Source of the DNA: Eledone cirrhosa
Lineage: Eukaryota
Reading direction: 5' to 3'
Length of the DNA: 64,000 nt
NCBI GenBank assembly: GCA_964016885.1
Contig: OZ024744.1
Span: 134,478,001-134,542,000 of the forward strand
Made by a program: the position numbers and the translations under genes
The notes under the pieces: generated by a model
Seen by the model: the letters and a program-made list of their open reading frames with translations, nothing else
What the model was told of the DNA's origin: nothing
The model's database searches: none
Shown: positions 50,361 through 63,400 of the stretch, piece after piece
Layout: each line of letters starts with the position of its first letter
How positions within the stretch are numbered: position 1 is the first letter of the stretch

Positions 50361-53300
50361 GGGGTTAAGTTAAGTTGGGTTTAAGTTAAGTTGGGGTTAA
50401 GTTAAGTTGGGGTTAAGTTAAGTTGGGGTTAAGTTAAGTTGGGGTTAAGTTAAGTTGGGGCTAAGTTAAGTTGGGGCTGAGTTAAGTTGGGGTTAAGTTA
50501 AGTTGGGGTTAATTTAAGTTGGGGTTAAGTTAAGTTGGAGTTTATTTAAGTTGGGGTTAAGTTAAGTTGGGGTTCAGTTAAGTTGGGGTTAAGTTAAGTT
50601 GGTTTAAGATGGGGTTAAATTAAGTTGGGGTTAAGTTAAGTTGGGGTTAAGTTAAGTTGGGGTTAAGTTAAGTTGGGGTTAAGTTAAGTCGGGGTTAAGT
50701 TAAGTCGGGGTTAAGTTAAGTTAGAGTTCAGTTAAGTTGGGGTTAAGTTAAGTTGGGGTTGAGTTAAGTTGGGGTTGAGTTAAATTGGGGTTGAGTTAAG
50801 TTGGGGTTGAGTTATGTTGGTGTTGAGTTAAGTTGGGGTTAAGTTAAGTTGGGGTTAAGTTAATTTGTGGTTAAGTTAAGTTGGGGTTAAGTTAAGTTGG
50901 GGTTAAGTTAAGTTGGGTTAAGTTAAGTCGGGGTTAAGTTAAGTTGGGGTTAAGTTAAGTTGGGGTTAATTTAAGTTGGGGTTAAGTTAAGTTGGGGTTA
51001 AGTTAAGTTGGGGTTAAGTTGGGGTTAAGTTAAGTTGGGGTTAAGTTAAGTTGAGGTTAAGTTAAGTTGGGGTTAAATTAAGTTGGGTTTAAGTTAAGTT
51101 GGGGTTAAGTTAAGTTGGGTTTAAGTTAAGTTGGGGTTAAGTTAAGTTGGGGTTAAGTTAAGTTGGGGCTCAGTTAAGTTGGGGCTGAGTTAAGTTGGGG
51201 TTAAGTTAAGTTGGGGTTAAGTTAAGTTGGGGTTAAGTTAAGTTGGGGATAAGTTAAGTTGGGGATAATTTAAGTTGGGGTTAAGTTAAGTTGGGTTTAA
51301 GTTAAGTTGGGGTTAAGTTAATTTGTGGTTAAGTTAAGTTGGGGTTAAGTTAAGTTGGGGTTAAGTTAAGTTGGGGTTAAGTTAAGTCGGGGTTAAGTTA
51401 AGTTGGGGTTAAGTTAAGTTGGGGTTAATTTAAGTTGGGGTTAAGTTAAGTTGGGGTTAAGTTAAGTTGGGGTTAATTTAAGATGGGGTTAAGTTAAGTT
51501 GGGGTTAAGTTAAGTTGAGGTTAAGTTAAGTTGGGGTTAAATTAAGTTGGGGTTAAGTTAAGTTGGGGTTAAGTTAAGTTGGGGTTAAGTTAAGTTGGGG
51601 ATAAGTTAAGTTGGGGATAATTTAAGTTGGGGTTAAGTTAAGTTGGGTTTAAGTTAAGTTGGGGTTAAGTTAAGTTGGGGTTAAGTTAAGTTGGGGTTAA
51701 GTTAAGTTGGGGTTAAGTTAAGTTGGGGTTAAGTTAAGTTGGGGTTTATTTAAGTTGGGGTTAAGTTACGTTGGGGTTCATTTAAGTTGGGGTTAAGTTA
51801 AGTCGGGGTTAAGTTAAGTCGGGGTTAAGTTAAGTTAGGGTTCAGTTAAGTTGGGGTTAAGTTAAGTTGGGCTTGAGTTAAGTTGGGGTTGAGTTAAGTT
51901 GGGGTTAAGTTAAGTTGGGGTTAAGTTAAGTTGAGGTTAAGTTAAGTTGGGGTTAAATTAAGTTGGGGTTAAGTTAAGTTGGGGTTAAGTTAAGTTGGGG
52001 TTAAGTTAAGTTGGGGATAAGTTAAGTTGGGGATAATTTAAGTTGGGGTTAAGTTAAGTTGGGTTTAAGTTAAGTTGGGGTTAAGTTAAGTTGGGGATAA
52101 GTTAAGTTGGGGTTAAGTTAAGTTGGGGATAAGTTAAGTTGGGGTTAAGTTAAGTTGGGGCTAAGTTAAGTTGGGGCTGAGTTAAGTTGGGGTTAAGTTA
52201 AGTTGGGGTTAAGTTAAGTTGGGGTTAATTTAAGTTGGGGTTTATTTAAGTTGGGGTTACGTTAAGTTGGTGTTAAGTTAAGTTGGGGTTAATTTAAGTT
52301 GGGGTTAATTAAGTTGGGGTTAAGTTAAGTTGGGGTTAAGTTAAGTTGGGGTTAATTTAAGTTGGGGTTGAGTTAAGTTGGGGTTAAGTTAAGTTGGGGT
52401 TATATTAATTTGGGGTTAAGTTAAGTTGGGGTTCAGTTAAGTTGGGGATAAGTTAAGTTGGGGTTAAGTTAAGTTGGGGTTAAGTTAAGTTGGGGTTAAG
52501 TTAAGTTGGTGTTAAGTTAAGTTGGGGCTAAGTTAAGTTGGGGCTGAGTTAAGTTGGGGCTGAGTTAAGTTGGGGTTAAGTTAAGTTGGGGTCAAGTTAA
52601 GTTGGGGTTAAGTTGGGGTTAAGTTAAGTTAGGTTTAAGTTAAGTTGGGGTTAAGTTAAGTTGGGGTTGAGTTAAGTTGGGGTTAAGTTAAGTTGGGGTT
52701 AAGTTAAGTTGGGGTTAAGTTAATTTGTGGTTAAGTTAAGTTGGGGTTAAGTTAAGTTGGGGTTAAGTTAAGTTGGGGTTAAGTTAAGTTGGGGTTAATT
52801 TAAGTTGGGGTTAATTTAAGTTGGGGTTAAGTTAAGTTGGGGTCAAGTTAAGTTGGGGTTAAGTTGGGGTTAAGTTAAGTTAGGTTTAAGTTAAGTTGGG
52901 GTTAAGTTAAGTTGGGGTTAAGTTAAGTTGGGGTTAAGTTAAGTTGGGGTTAAGTTAAGTTGGGGTTAAGTTAATTTGTGGTTAAGTTAAGTTGGGGTTA
53001 AGTTAAGTTGGGGTTAAGTTAAGTTGGGGTTAAGTTAAGTCGGGGTTAAGTTAAGTTGGGGTTAAGTTAAGTTGGGGTTAATTTAAGTTGGGGTTAAGTT
53101 AAGTTGGGGTTAAGTTAAGTTGGGGTTAAGTTAAGATGGGGTTAAGTTAAGTTGGGGTTAAGTTAAGTTCAGGTTAAGTTAAGTTGGGGTTAAATTAAGT
53201 TGGGGTTAAGTTAAGATGGGGTTAAGTCAAGTTGGGGTTAAGTTAAGTTGGGGATAAGTTAAGTTGGGGATAATTTAAGTTGGGGTTAAGTTAAGTTGGG

Positions 53301-54499
53301 TTTAAGTTAAGTTGGGGTTAAGTTAAGTTGGGGTTAAGTTAAGTTGGGGTTAAGTTAAGTTGGGGTTAAGTTAAGTTGGGGCTAAGTTAAGTTGGGGCTG
53401 AGTTAAGTTGGGGTTAAGTTAAGTTGGGGTTAAGTTAAGTTGGGGTTAAGTTAAGTTGGAGTTTATTTAAGTTGGGGTTAAGTTAAGTTGGGGTTCAGTT
53501 AAGTTGGGGTTAAGTTAAGTTGGTTTAAGATGGGGTTAAATTAAGTTGGGGTTAAGTTAAGTTGGGGTTAAGTTAAGTTGGGGTTAAGTTAAGTTGGGGT
53601 TAAGTTAAGTCGGGGTTAAGTTAAGTCGGGGTTAAGTTAAGTTAGAGTTCAGTTAAGTTGGGGTTAAGTTAAGTTGGGGCTGAGTTAAGTTGGGGTTGAG
53701 TTAAATTGGGGTTGAGTTAAGTTGGGGTTGAGTTATGTTGGTGTTGAGTTAAGTTGGGGTTAAGTTAAGTTGGGGTTAAGTTAATTTGTGGTTAAGTTAA
53801 GTTGGGGTTAAGTTAAGTTGGGGTTAAGTTAAGTTGGGTTAAGTTAAGTCGGGGTTAAGTTAAGTTGGGGTTAAGTTAAGTTGGGGTTAATTTAAGTTGG
53901 GGTTAAGTTAAGTTGGGGTTAAGTTAAGTTGGGGTTAAGTTGGGGTTTAGTTAAGTTGGGGTTAAGTTAAGTTGAGGTTAAGTTAAGTTGGGGTTAAATT
54001 AAGTTGGGTTTGAGTTAAGTTGGGGTTAAGTTAAGTTGGGTTTAAGTTAAGTTGGGGTTAAGTTAAGTTGGGGTTAAGTTAAGTTGGGGCTAAGTTAAGT
54101 TGGGGCTGAGTTAAGTTGGGGTTAAGTTAAGTTGGGGTTAAGTTAAGTTGGGGTTAAGTTAAGTTGGGGTTAAGTTAAGTTGGGGTTCAGTTAAGTTGGG
54201 GTTAAGTTAAGTTGGGGTTAAGTTAAGTTGGGGTTAAGTTAAGTTGGGGTTAAGTTAAGTCGGGGTTAAGTTAAGTCGGGGTTAAGTTAAGTTAGGGTTC
54301 AGTTAAGTTGGAGTTAAGTTAAGTTGGGGTTGAGTTAAGTTGGGGTTGAGTTAAATTGGGGTTGAGTTAAGTTGGGGTTGAGTTATGTTGGTGTTGAGTT
54401 AAGTTGGGGTTAAGTTAAGTTGGGGTTAAGTTAATTTGTGGTTAAGTTAAGTTGGTGTTAAGTTAAGTTGGGGTTAAGTTAAGTTGGGGTTAAGTTAAG

Positions 54500-57400
54500 T
54501 CGGGGTTAAGTTAAGTCGGGGTTAAGTTAAGTTAGGGTTCAGTTAAGTTGGAGTTAAGTTAAGTTGGGGTTGAGTTAAGTTGGGGTTGAGTTAAATTGGG
54601 GTTGAGTTAAGTTGGGGTTGAGTTATGTTGGTGTTGAGTTAAGTTGGGGTTAAGTTAAGTTGGGGTTAAGGTAATTTGTGGTTAAGTTAAGTTGGGGTTA
54701 AGTTAAGTTGGGGTTAAGTTAAGTTGGGTTAAGTTAAGTCGGGGTTAAGTTAAGTTGGGGTTAAGTTAAGTTGGGGTTAATTTAAGTTGGGGTTAAGTTA
54801 AGTTGGGGTTAAGTTAAGTTGGGGTTAAGTTAAGTTGGGGTTAAGTTAAGTTGGGGTTAAGTTAAGTTGAGGTTAAGTTAAGTTGGGGTTAAATTAAGTT
54901 GGGGTTAAGTTAAGTTGGGGTTAAGTTAAGTTGGGGTTAAGTTAAGTTGGGGATAATTTAAGTTGGGGATAATTTAAGTTGGGGTTAAGTTAAGTTGGGT
55001 TTAAGTTAAGTTGGGGTTAAGTTAAGTTGGGGATAAGTTAAGTTGGGGTTAAGTTAAGTTGGGGTTAAGTTAAGTTGGGGTTAAGTTAAGTTGGGGTTAA
55101 TTTAAGTTGGGGTTTATTTAAGTTGGGGTTACGTTAAGTTGGTGTTAAGTTTAGTTGGGGTTAATTTAAGTTGGGGTTAATTAAGTTGGGGTTAAGTTAA
55201 GTTGGGGTTAATTTAAGTTGGGGTTGAGTTAAGTTGGTGTTGAGTTAAGTTGGGGTTAAGTTAAGTTGGGGTTAAGTTAAGTTGCAGTTAAGTTAAGTTG
55301 AGGTTAAGTTAAGGTGCGGTTAAGTTAAGTTGGGGTTAAGTTAAGTTGGGGCTAAGTTAAGTTGGGGCTAAGTTAAGTTGGGGTTAAGTTAAGTTGGGGT
55401 TAAGTTAAGTCGGGGTTAAGTTAAGTTGGGGTTAAGTTAAGTTGAGGTTAATTTAAGTTGGGGTTAAGTTAAGTTGGGGTTAAGTTAAGTTGGGGTTAAG
55501 TTAAGTTGGGGTTAAGTTAAGTCGGGGTTAATTTAAGTCGGGGTTAAGTTAAGTTAGGGTTCAGTTAAGTTGGGGTTAAGTTAAGTTGGGGTTAAGTTAA
55601 GTTGCGGTTGAGTTAAGTTGGGGTTGAGTTAATTTGGGGTTAAGTTAAGTTGGGGTTAAGTTAAGTTGGGTTTAAGTTAAGTTGGGGTTAAATTAAGTTG
55701 GGGTTAAATTAAGTTGGGGTTAAGTTAAGTTGGGGGTAAGTTAAGTTGGGGGCAAGTTAAGTTGGGGTTAATTTAAGTTGGGGTTAAATTAAGTTGGGGT
55801 TACGTTAAGTTGGTGTTAAGTTAAGTTGGGGTTAATTTAAGTTGGGGTTAATTAAGTTGGGGTTAAGTTAAGTTGGGGTTAAGTTAAGTTGGGGTTAATT
55901 TAAGTTGGGGTTGAGTTAAGTTGGGGTTAAGTTAAGTTGGGGTTATATTAAGTTGGGGTTAAGTTAAGTTGGGGTTCAGTTAAGTTGGGGATAAGTTAAG
56001 TTGGGGTTAAGTTAAGTTGGGGTTAATTAAGTTGGGGTTAAGTTAAGTTGGGGTTAAGTTAAGTTGGGGCTAAGTTAAGTTGGGGCTGAGTTAAGTTGGG
56101 GCTGAGTTAAGTTGGGGTTAAGTTAAGTTGGGGTTGAATTAAGTTGGGGTTAAGTTAAGTTGGGGTCAAGTTAAGTTGGGGTTAAGTTGGGGTTAAGTTA
56201 AGTTAGGTTTAAGTTAAGTTGGGGTTAAGTTAAGTTGGGGTTAAGTTAAGTTGGGGTTAAGTTAAGTTGGGGTTAAGTTAATTTGTGGTTTAGTTAAGTT
56301 GGGGTTAAGTTAAGTTGGGGTTAAGTTAAGTTGGGGTTAAGTTAAGTCGGGGTTAAGTTAAGTTGGGGTTAAGTTAAGTTGGGGTTAAGTTAAGTTGGGG
56401 TTAAGTTAAGTTGGGGTTAAGTTAAGTTGGGGTTAAGTTAAGTTGAGGTTAAGTTAAGTTGGGGTTAAATTAAGTTGGGGTTAAGTTAAGTTGGGGTTAA
56501 GTTAAGTTGGGGTTAAGTTAAGTTGGGGATAAGTTAAGTTGGGGATAATTTAAGTTGGGGTTAAGTTAAGTTGGGTTTAAGTTAAGTTGGGGTTAAGTTA
56601 AGTTGGGGATAAGTTAAGTTGGGGTTAAGTTAAGTTGGGGTTAAGTTAAGTTGGGGTTCAGTTAAGTTGGGGCTAAGTTAAGTTGGGGCTGAGTTAAGTT
56701 GGGGTTAAGTTAAGTTGGGGTTAAGTTAAGTTGGGGTTAATTTAAGTTGGGGTTTATTTAAGTTGGGGTTAAGTTAAGTTGGGGTTCAGTTAAGTTGGGG
56801 TTAAGTTAAGTTGGGGTTAAGATGGGGTTAAATTAAGTTGGGGTTAAGTTAAGTTGGGGTTAAGTTAAGTTGGGGTTAAGTTAAGTCGGGGTTAAGTTAA
56901 GTCGGGGTTAAGTTAAGTTAGGGTTCAGTTAAGTTGGGGTTAAGTTAAGTTGTGGTTGAGTTAAGTTGGGGTTGATTTAAATTGGGGTTGAGTTAAGTTG
57001 GGGTTGAGTTAAGTTGGTGTTGAGTTAAGTTGGGGTTAATTTAAGTTGGGGCTAAGTTAAGTTGGGACTGAGTTAAGTTGGGGTTAAGTTAAGTTGGGGT
57101 TAAGTTAAGTTGGGGTTAAGTTAAGTTGGAGTTTATTTAAGTTAGGGTTAAGTTAAGTTGGGGTTCATTTAAGTTGGGGTTAAGTTAAGTTGCGGTTAAG
57201 TTAAGTCGGGGTTAAGTTAAGTCGGGGTTAAGTTAAGTTAGGGTTCAGTTAAGTTGGGGTTAAGTTAAGTTGGGGTTGAGTTAAGTTGGGGTTGAGTTAA
57301 ATTGGGGTTGAGTTAAGTTGGGGTTGAGTTAAGTTGGTGTTGAGTTAAGTTGGGGTTAAGTTAAGTTGGGGTTAAGTTAATTTGTGGTTAAGTTAAGTTG

Positions 57401-60400
57401 GGGTTAAGTTAAGTTGGGGTTAAGTTAAGTTGGGGTTAAGTTAAGTCGGGGTTAAGTTAAGTTGGGGTTGAGTTAAGTTGGGGTTAATTTAAGTTGGGGT
57501 TAAGTTAAGTTGGGGTTAAGTTAAGTTGGGGTTAAGTTAAGTTGGGGTTAAGTTAAGTTGGGGTTAAGTTAAGTTGAGGTTAAGTTAAGTTGGGGTTAAA
57601 TTAAGTTGGGGTTAAGTTAAGTTGGGGTTAAGTTAAGTTGGGGTTAAGTTAAGTTGGGGATAAGTTAAGTTGGGGATAATTTAAGTTGGGGTTAAGTTAA
57701 GTTGGGTTTAAGTTAAGTTGGGGTTAAGTTAAGTTGGGGATAAGTTAAGTTGGGGTTAAGTTAAGTTGGGGTTAAGTTAAGTTGGGGTTAAGTTAAGTTG
57801 GGGCTAAGTTAAGTTGGGGCTGAGTTAAGTTGGGGTTAAGTTAAGTTGGGGTTAAGTTAAGTTGGGGTTAATTTAAGTTGGGGTTTATTTAAGTTGGGGT
57901 TACGTTAAGTTGGTGTTAAGTTAAGTTGGGGTTAATTTAAGTTGGGGTTAATTAAGTTGGGGTTAAGTTAAGTTGGGGTTAAGTTAAGTTGGGGTTAAGT
58001 TAAGTTGGGGTTAAGTTAAGTTGGGGTTAACTTAAGTTGGTGTTAAGTTAAGTTGGGGCTAAGTTAAGTTGGGGCTGAGTTAAGTTGGGGCTGAGTTAAG
58101 TTGGGGTTAAGTTAAGTTGGGGTCAAGTTAAGTTGGGGTTAAGTTGGGGTTAAGTTAAGTTAGGTTTAAGTTAAGATGGGGTTAAGTTAAGTTGGGGTTA
58201 ATTTCAGTTGGGGTTAACTTAAGTTGGGGTTAAGTTAAGTTGGGGTTGAGTTAATTTGTGGTTAAGTTAAGTTGGGGTTAAGTTAAGTTGGGGTTAAGTT
58301 AAGTCGGGGTTAAGTTAAGTTGGGGTTAAGTTAAGTTGGGGTTAAGTTAAGTTGGGGTTAAGTTAAGTTGGGTTCAAGTTAAGTTGGGGTTAAGTTGGGG
58401 TTAAGTTAAGTTAGGTTTAAGTTAAGTTGGGGTTAAGTTAAGTTGGGGTTAAGTTAAGTTGGGGTTAAGTTAATTTGTGGTTAAGTTAAGTTGGGGTTAA
58501 GTTAAGTTGGGGTTAAGTTAAGTTGGGGTTAAGTTAAGTCGGGGTTAATTTAAGTTGGGGTTAAGTTAAGTTGGGGTTATTTTAAGTTGGGGTTGAGTTA
58601 AGTTGGGGTTAAGTTAAGTTGGGGTTAAATTAAGTTGGGGTTAAGTTAAGTTGGGGTTAAGTCAAGTTGGGGTTAAGTTAAGTTGGGGATAAGTTAAGTT
58701 GGGGATAATTTAAGTTGGGGTTAAGTTAAGTTGGGTTTAAGTTAAATTGGGGTTAAGTTAAGTTGGGGTTAAGTTAAGTTGGGGTTAAGTTAAGTTGGGG
58801 TTAAGTTAAGTTGGGGTTAAGTTAAGTTGGGGCTAAGTTATGTTGGGGCTGAGTTAAGTTGGGGTTAAGTTAAGTTGGGCTTAATTTAAGTCGGGGTTAA
58901 GTTAAGTTAGGGTTCAGTTAAGTTGGGGTTAAGTTAAGTTGGGGTTGAGTTAAGTTGGGGTTGAGTTAAATTGGGGTTGAGTTAAGTTGGGGTTGAGCTA
59001 AGTTGGTGTTGAGTTAAGTTGGGGTTAAGTTAAGTTGGGGTTAAGTTAAGTTGCAGTTAATTTAAGTTGAGGTTAAGTTAAGGTGCGGTTAAGTTAAGTT
59101 GGGGTTAAGTTAAGTTGGGGCTAAGTTAAGTTGGGGCTAAGTTAAGTTGGGGCTAAGTTAAGTTGGGGTTAAGTTAAGTTGGGGTTAAGTTAAGTCGGGG
59201 TTAAGTTAAGTTGGGGTTAAGTTAAGTTGGGGTTAATTTAAGTTGGGGTTAAGTTAAGTTGGGGTTAAGTTAAGTTGGGGTTAAGTTAAGTTGGGGTTAA
59301 GTTAAGTTGGGTTTAAGTTAAGTTGGGGTTAAGTTAAGTTGGGGTTAAGTTAAGTTGGGGTTAAGTTAAGTTGGTTAGTTAAGTTGAGTTTAAGTTAAGT
59401 TGGGGTTAATTTAAGTTGGGGTTAAGTTATGTTGGGGTTAAGTTAAGTTGGGGTTAAGTTAAGTTGGGGTTAAGTTAAGTTGGGGTTAAGTTAAGTTGGG
59501 GTTAACCCCAACTTAACTTAACCCCAACTTCACTCAACCCCAACTTCACTCAACCCCAACTTAACTTAACCCCAACTTCACTCAACCCCAACTTAACTTA
59601 ACCCCAACTTCACTCAACCCCAACTTCCAACTTGACTTAATCCCAACTTAACTTAGCCCCAACTTAACTTAATCCCTAAGTCGGGGTTAAGTTAAGTTGG
59701 CGTTAAGTTAAGTTAGGCTTAACTTAAGTTGGGGTTCAGTTAAGTTGGGGGTAAGTTAAGTTGGGGGTAAGTTAAGTTGGGGTTAAGTTAAGTTGCGGTT
59801 AAGTTGGGGTTAAGTTAAGTTAGGGTTAAGTTAAGTTGGGGTTGAGTTAAGTTGGGGTTAATTAAGTGGTGGTTATGTTAAGTTGGGGTTAAGTTAAGTT
59901 GGGGTTAATTTAAATTGGGGTTAAGTTAACTTTGTGGTTAAGTTAAGTTGGGGTTAAGTTAAGTTGGGGTTAAGTTGGGGTTGAGTTAAGTTGGGGTTAA
60001 GTTAAGTTGGGGTTAAGTTAAGTTGGAGTTTATTTAAGTTGGGGTTAAGTTAAGTTGGGGTTCAGTTAAGTTGGGGTTAAGTTAAGTTGGTTTAAGATGG
60101 GGTTAAATTAAGTTGGGGTTAAGTTAAGTTGGGGTTAAGTTAAGTTGGGGTTAAGTTAAGTTGGGGTTAAGTTAAGTCGGGGTTAAGTTAAGTCGGGGTT
60201 AAGTTAAGTTAGGGTTCAGTTAAGTTGGAGTTAAGTTAAGTTGGGGTTGAGTTAAGTTGGGGTTGAGTTAAATTGGGGTTGAGTTAAGTTGGGGTTGAGT
60301 TATGTTGGTGTTGATTTAAGTTGGGGTTAAGTCAAGTTGGGGTTAAGTTAATTTGTGGTTAAGTTAAGTTGGGGTTAAGTTAAGTTGGGGTTAAGTTAAG

Positions 60401-63400
60401 TTGGGTTAAGTTAAGTCGGGGTTAAGTTAAGTTGGGGTTAAGTTAAGTTGGGGTTAATTTAAGTTGGGGTTAAGTTAAGTTGGGGTTAAGTTAAGTTGGG
60501 GTTAAGTTAAGTTGGGGTTAAGTTAAGTTGGGGTTAAGTTAAGTTGAGGTTAAGTTAAGATGGGGTTAAATTAAGTTGGGGTTAAGTTAAGTTGGGGTTA
60601 AGTTAAGTTGGGGTTAAGTTAAGTTGGGGATAAGTTAAGTTGGGGATAATTTAAGTTGGGGTTAAGTTAAGTTGGGTTTAAGTTAAGTTGGGGTTAAGTT
60701 AAGTTGGGGATAAGTTAAGTTGGGGTTAAGTTAAGTTGGGGTTAAGTTAAGTTGGGGTTAAGTTAAGTTGGGGCTAAGTTAAGTTGGGGCTGAGTTAAGT
60801 TGGGGTTAAGTTAAGTTGGGGTTAAGTTAAGTTGGGGTTAATTTAAGTTGGGGTTTATTTAAGTTGGGGTTACGTTAAGTTGGTGTTAAGTTAAGTTGGG
60901 GTTAATTTAAGTTGGGGTTAATTAAGTTGGGGTTAAGTTAAGTTGGGGTTAATTTAAGTTGGGGTTGAGTTAAGTTGGTGTTGAGTTAAGTTGGGGTTAA
61001 GTTAAGTTGGGGTTAAGTTAAGTTGCAGTTAAGTTAAGTTGAGGTTAAGTTAAGGTGCGGTTAAGTTAAGTTGGGGTTAAGTTAAGTTGGGGCTAAGTTA
61101 AGTTGGGGCTAAGTTAAGTTGGGGTTAAGTTAAGTTGGGGTTAAGTTAAGTCGGGGTTAAGTTAAGTTGGGGTTAAGTTAAGTTGGGGTTAATTTAAGTT
61201 GGGGTTAAGTTAAGTTGGGGTTAAGTTAAGTTGGGGTTAAGTTAAGTTGGGGTTAAGTTAAGTCGGGGTTAATTTAAGTCGGGGTTAAGTTAAGTTAGGG
61301 TTCAGTTAAGTTGGGGTTAAGTTAAGTTGGGGTTAAGTTAAGTTGGGGTTGAGTTAAGTTGGGGTTGAGTTAATTTGGGGTTAAGTTAAGTTGGGGTTAA
61401 GTTAAGTTGGGTTTAAGTTAAGTTGGGGTTAAATTAAGTTGGGGTTAAATTAAGTTGGGGTTAAGTTAAGTTGGGGTTACGTTAAGTTGGTGTTAAGTTA
61501 AGTTGGGGTTAATTTAAGTTGGGGTTAATTAAGTTGGGGTTAAGTTAAGTTGGGGTTAAGTTAAGTTGGGGTTAATTTAAGTTGGGGTTGAGTTAAGTTG
61601 GGGTTAAGTTAAGTTGGGGTTATATTAAGTTGGGGTTAAGTTAAGTTGGGGTTCAGTTAAGTTGGGGATAAGTTAAGTTGGGGTTAAGTTAAGTTGGGGT
61701 TAATTAAGTTGGGGTTAAGTTAAGTTGGGGTTAAGTTAAGTTGGGGCTAAGTTAAGTTGGGGCTGAGTTAAGTTGGGGCTGAGTTAAGTTGGGGTTAAGT
61801 TAAGTTGGGGTTGAGTTAAGTTGGGGTTAAGTTAAGTTGGGGTCAAGTTAAGTTGGGGTTAAGTTGGGGTTAAGTTAAGTTAGGTTTAAGTTAAGTTGGG
61901 GTTAAGTTAAGTTGGGGTTAAGTTAAGTTGGGGTTAAGTTAAGTTGGGGTTAAGTTAATTTGTGGTTTAGTTAAGTTGGGGTTAAGTTAAGTTGGGGTTA
62001 AGTTAAGTTGGGGTTAAGTTAAGTCGGGGTTAAGTTAAGTTGGGGTTAAGTTAAGTTGGGGTTAAGTTAAGTTGGGGTTAAGTTAAGTTGGGGTTAAGTT
62101 AAGTTGGGGTTAAGTTAAGTTGAGGTTAAGTTAAGTTGGGGTTAAATTAAGTTGGGGTTAAGTTAAGTTGGGGTTAAGTTAAGTTGGGGTTAAGTTAAGT
62201 TGGGGATAAGTTAAGTTGGGGATAATTTAAGTTGGGGTTAAGTTAAGTTGGGTTTAAGTTAAGTTGGGGTTAAGTTAAGTTGGGGATAAGTTAAGTTGGG
62301 GTTAAGTTAAGTTGGGGTTAAGTTAAGTTGGGGTTCAGTTAATTTGGGGCTAAGTTAAGTTGGGGCTGAGTTAAGTTGGGGTTAAGTTAAGTTGGGGTTA
62401 AGTTAAGTTGGGGTTAATTTAAGTTGGGGTTTATTTAAGTTGGGGTTAAGTTAAGTTGGGGTTCAGTTAAGTTGGGGTTAAGTTAAGTTGGGGTTAAGAT
62501 GGGGTTAAATTAAGTTGGGGTTAAGTTAAGTTGGGGTTAAGTTAAGTTGGGGTTAAGTTAAGTCGGGGTTAAGTTAAGTCGGGGTTAAGTTAAGTTAGGG
62601 TTCAGTTAAGTTGGGGTTAAGTTAAGTTGTGGTTGAGTTAAGTTGGGGTTGATTTAAATTGGGGTTGAGTTAAGTTGGGGTTGAGTTAAGTTGGTGTTGA
62701 GTTAAGTTGGGGTTAATTTAAGTTGGGGCTAAGTTAAGTTGGGACTGAGTTAAGTTGGGGTTAAGTTAAGTTGGGGTTAAGTTAAGTTGGGGTTAAGTTA
62801 AGTTGGAGTTTATTTAAGTTGGGGTTAAGTTAAGTTGGGGTTCAGTTAAGTTGGGGTTAAGTTAAGTTGGGGTTAAGTTAAGTTGGGGTTAAGTTAAGTC
62901 GGGGTTAAGTTAAGTCGGGGTTAAGTTAAGTTAGGGTTCAGTTAAGTTGGGGTTAAGTTAAGTTGGGGTTGAGTTAAGTTGGGGTTGAGTTAAATTGGGG
63001 TTGAGTTAAGTTGGGGTTGAGTTAAGTTGGTGTTGAGTTAAGTTGGGGTTAAGTTAAGTTGGGGTTAAGTTAATTTGTGGTTAAGTTAAGTTGGGGTTAA
63101 GTTAAGTTGGGGTTAAGTTAAGTTGGGGTTAAGTTAAGTCGGGGTTAAGTTAAGTTCGGGTTGAGTTAAGTTGGGGTTAATTTAAGTTGGGGTTAAGTTA
63201 AGTTGGGGTTAAGTTAAGTTGGGGTTAAGTTAAGTTGGGGTTAAGTTAAGTTGGGGTTAAGTTAAGTTGAGGTTAAGTTAAGTTGGGGTTAAATTAAGTT
63301 GGGGTTAAGTTAAGTTGGGGTTAAGTTAAGTTGGGGTTAAGTTAAGTTGGGGATAAGTTAAGTTGGGGATAATTTAAGTTGGGGTTAAGTTAAGTTGGGT

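Noticed and set aside
15-59679. CRISPR-like or other repeat-spacer array formed by the recurring cassette
   Set aside because: The intervening DNA is the same satellite, is kb-long and contains no unique spacers. No cas or other genes are present.
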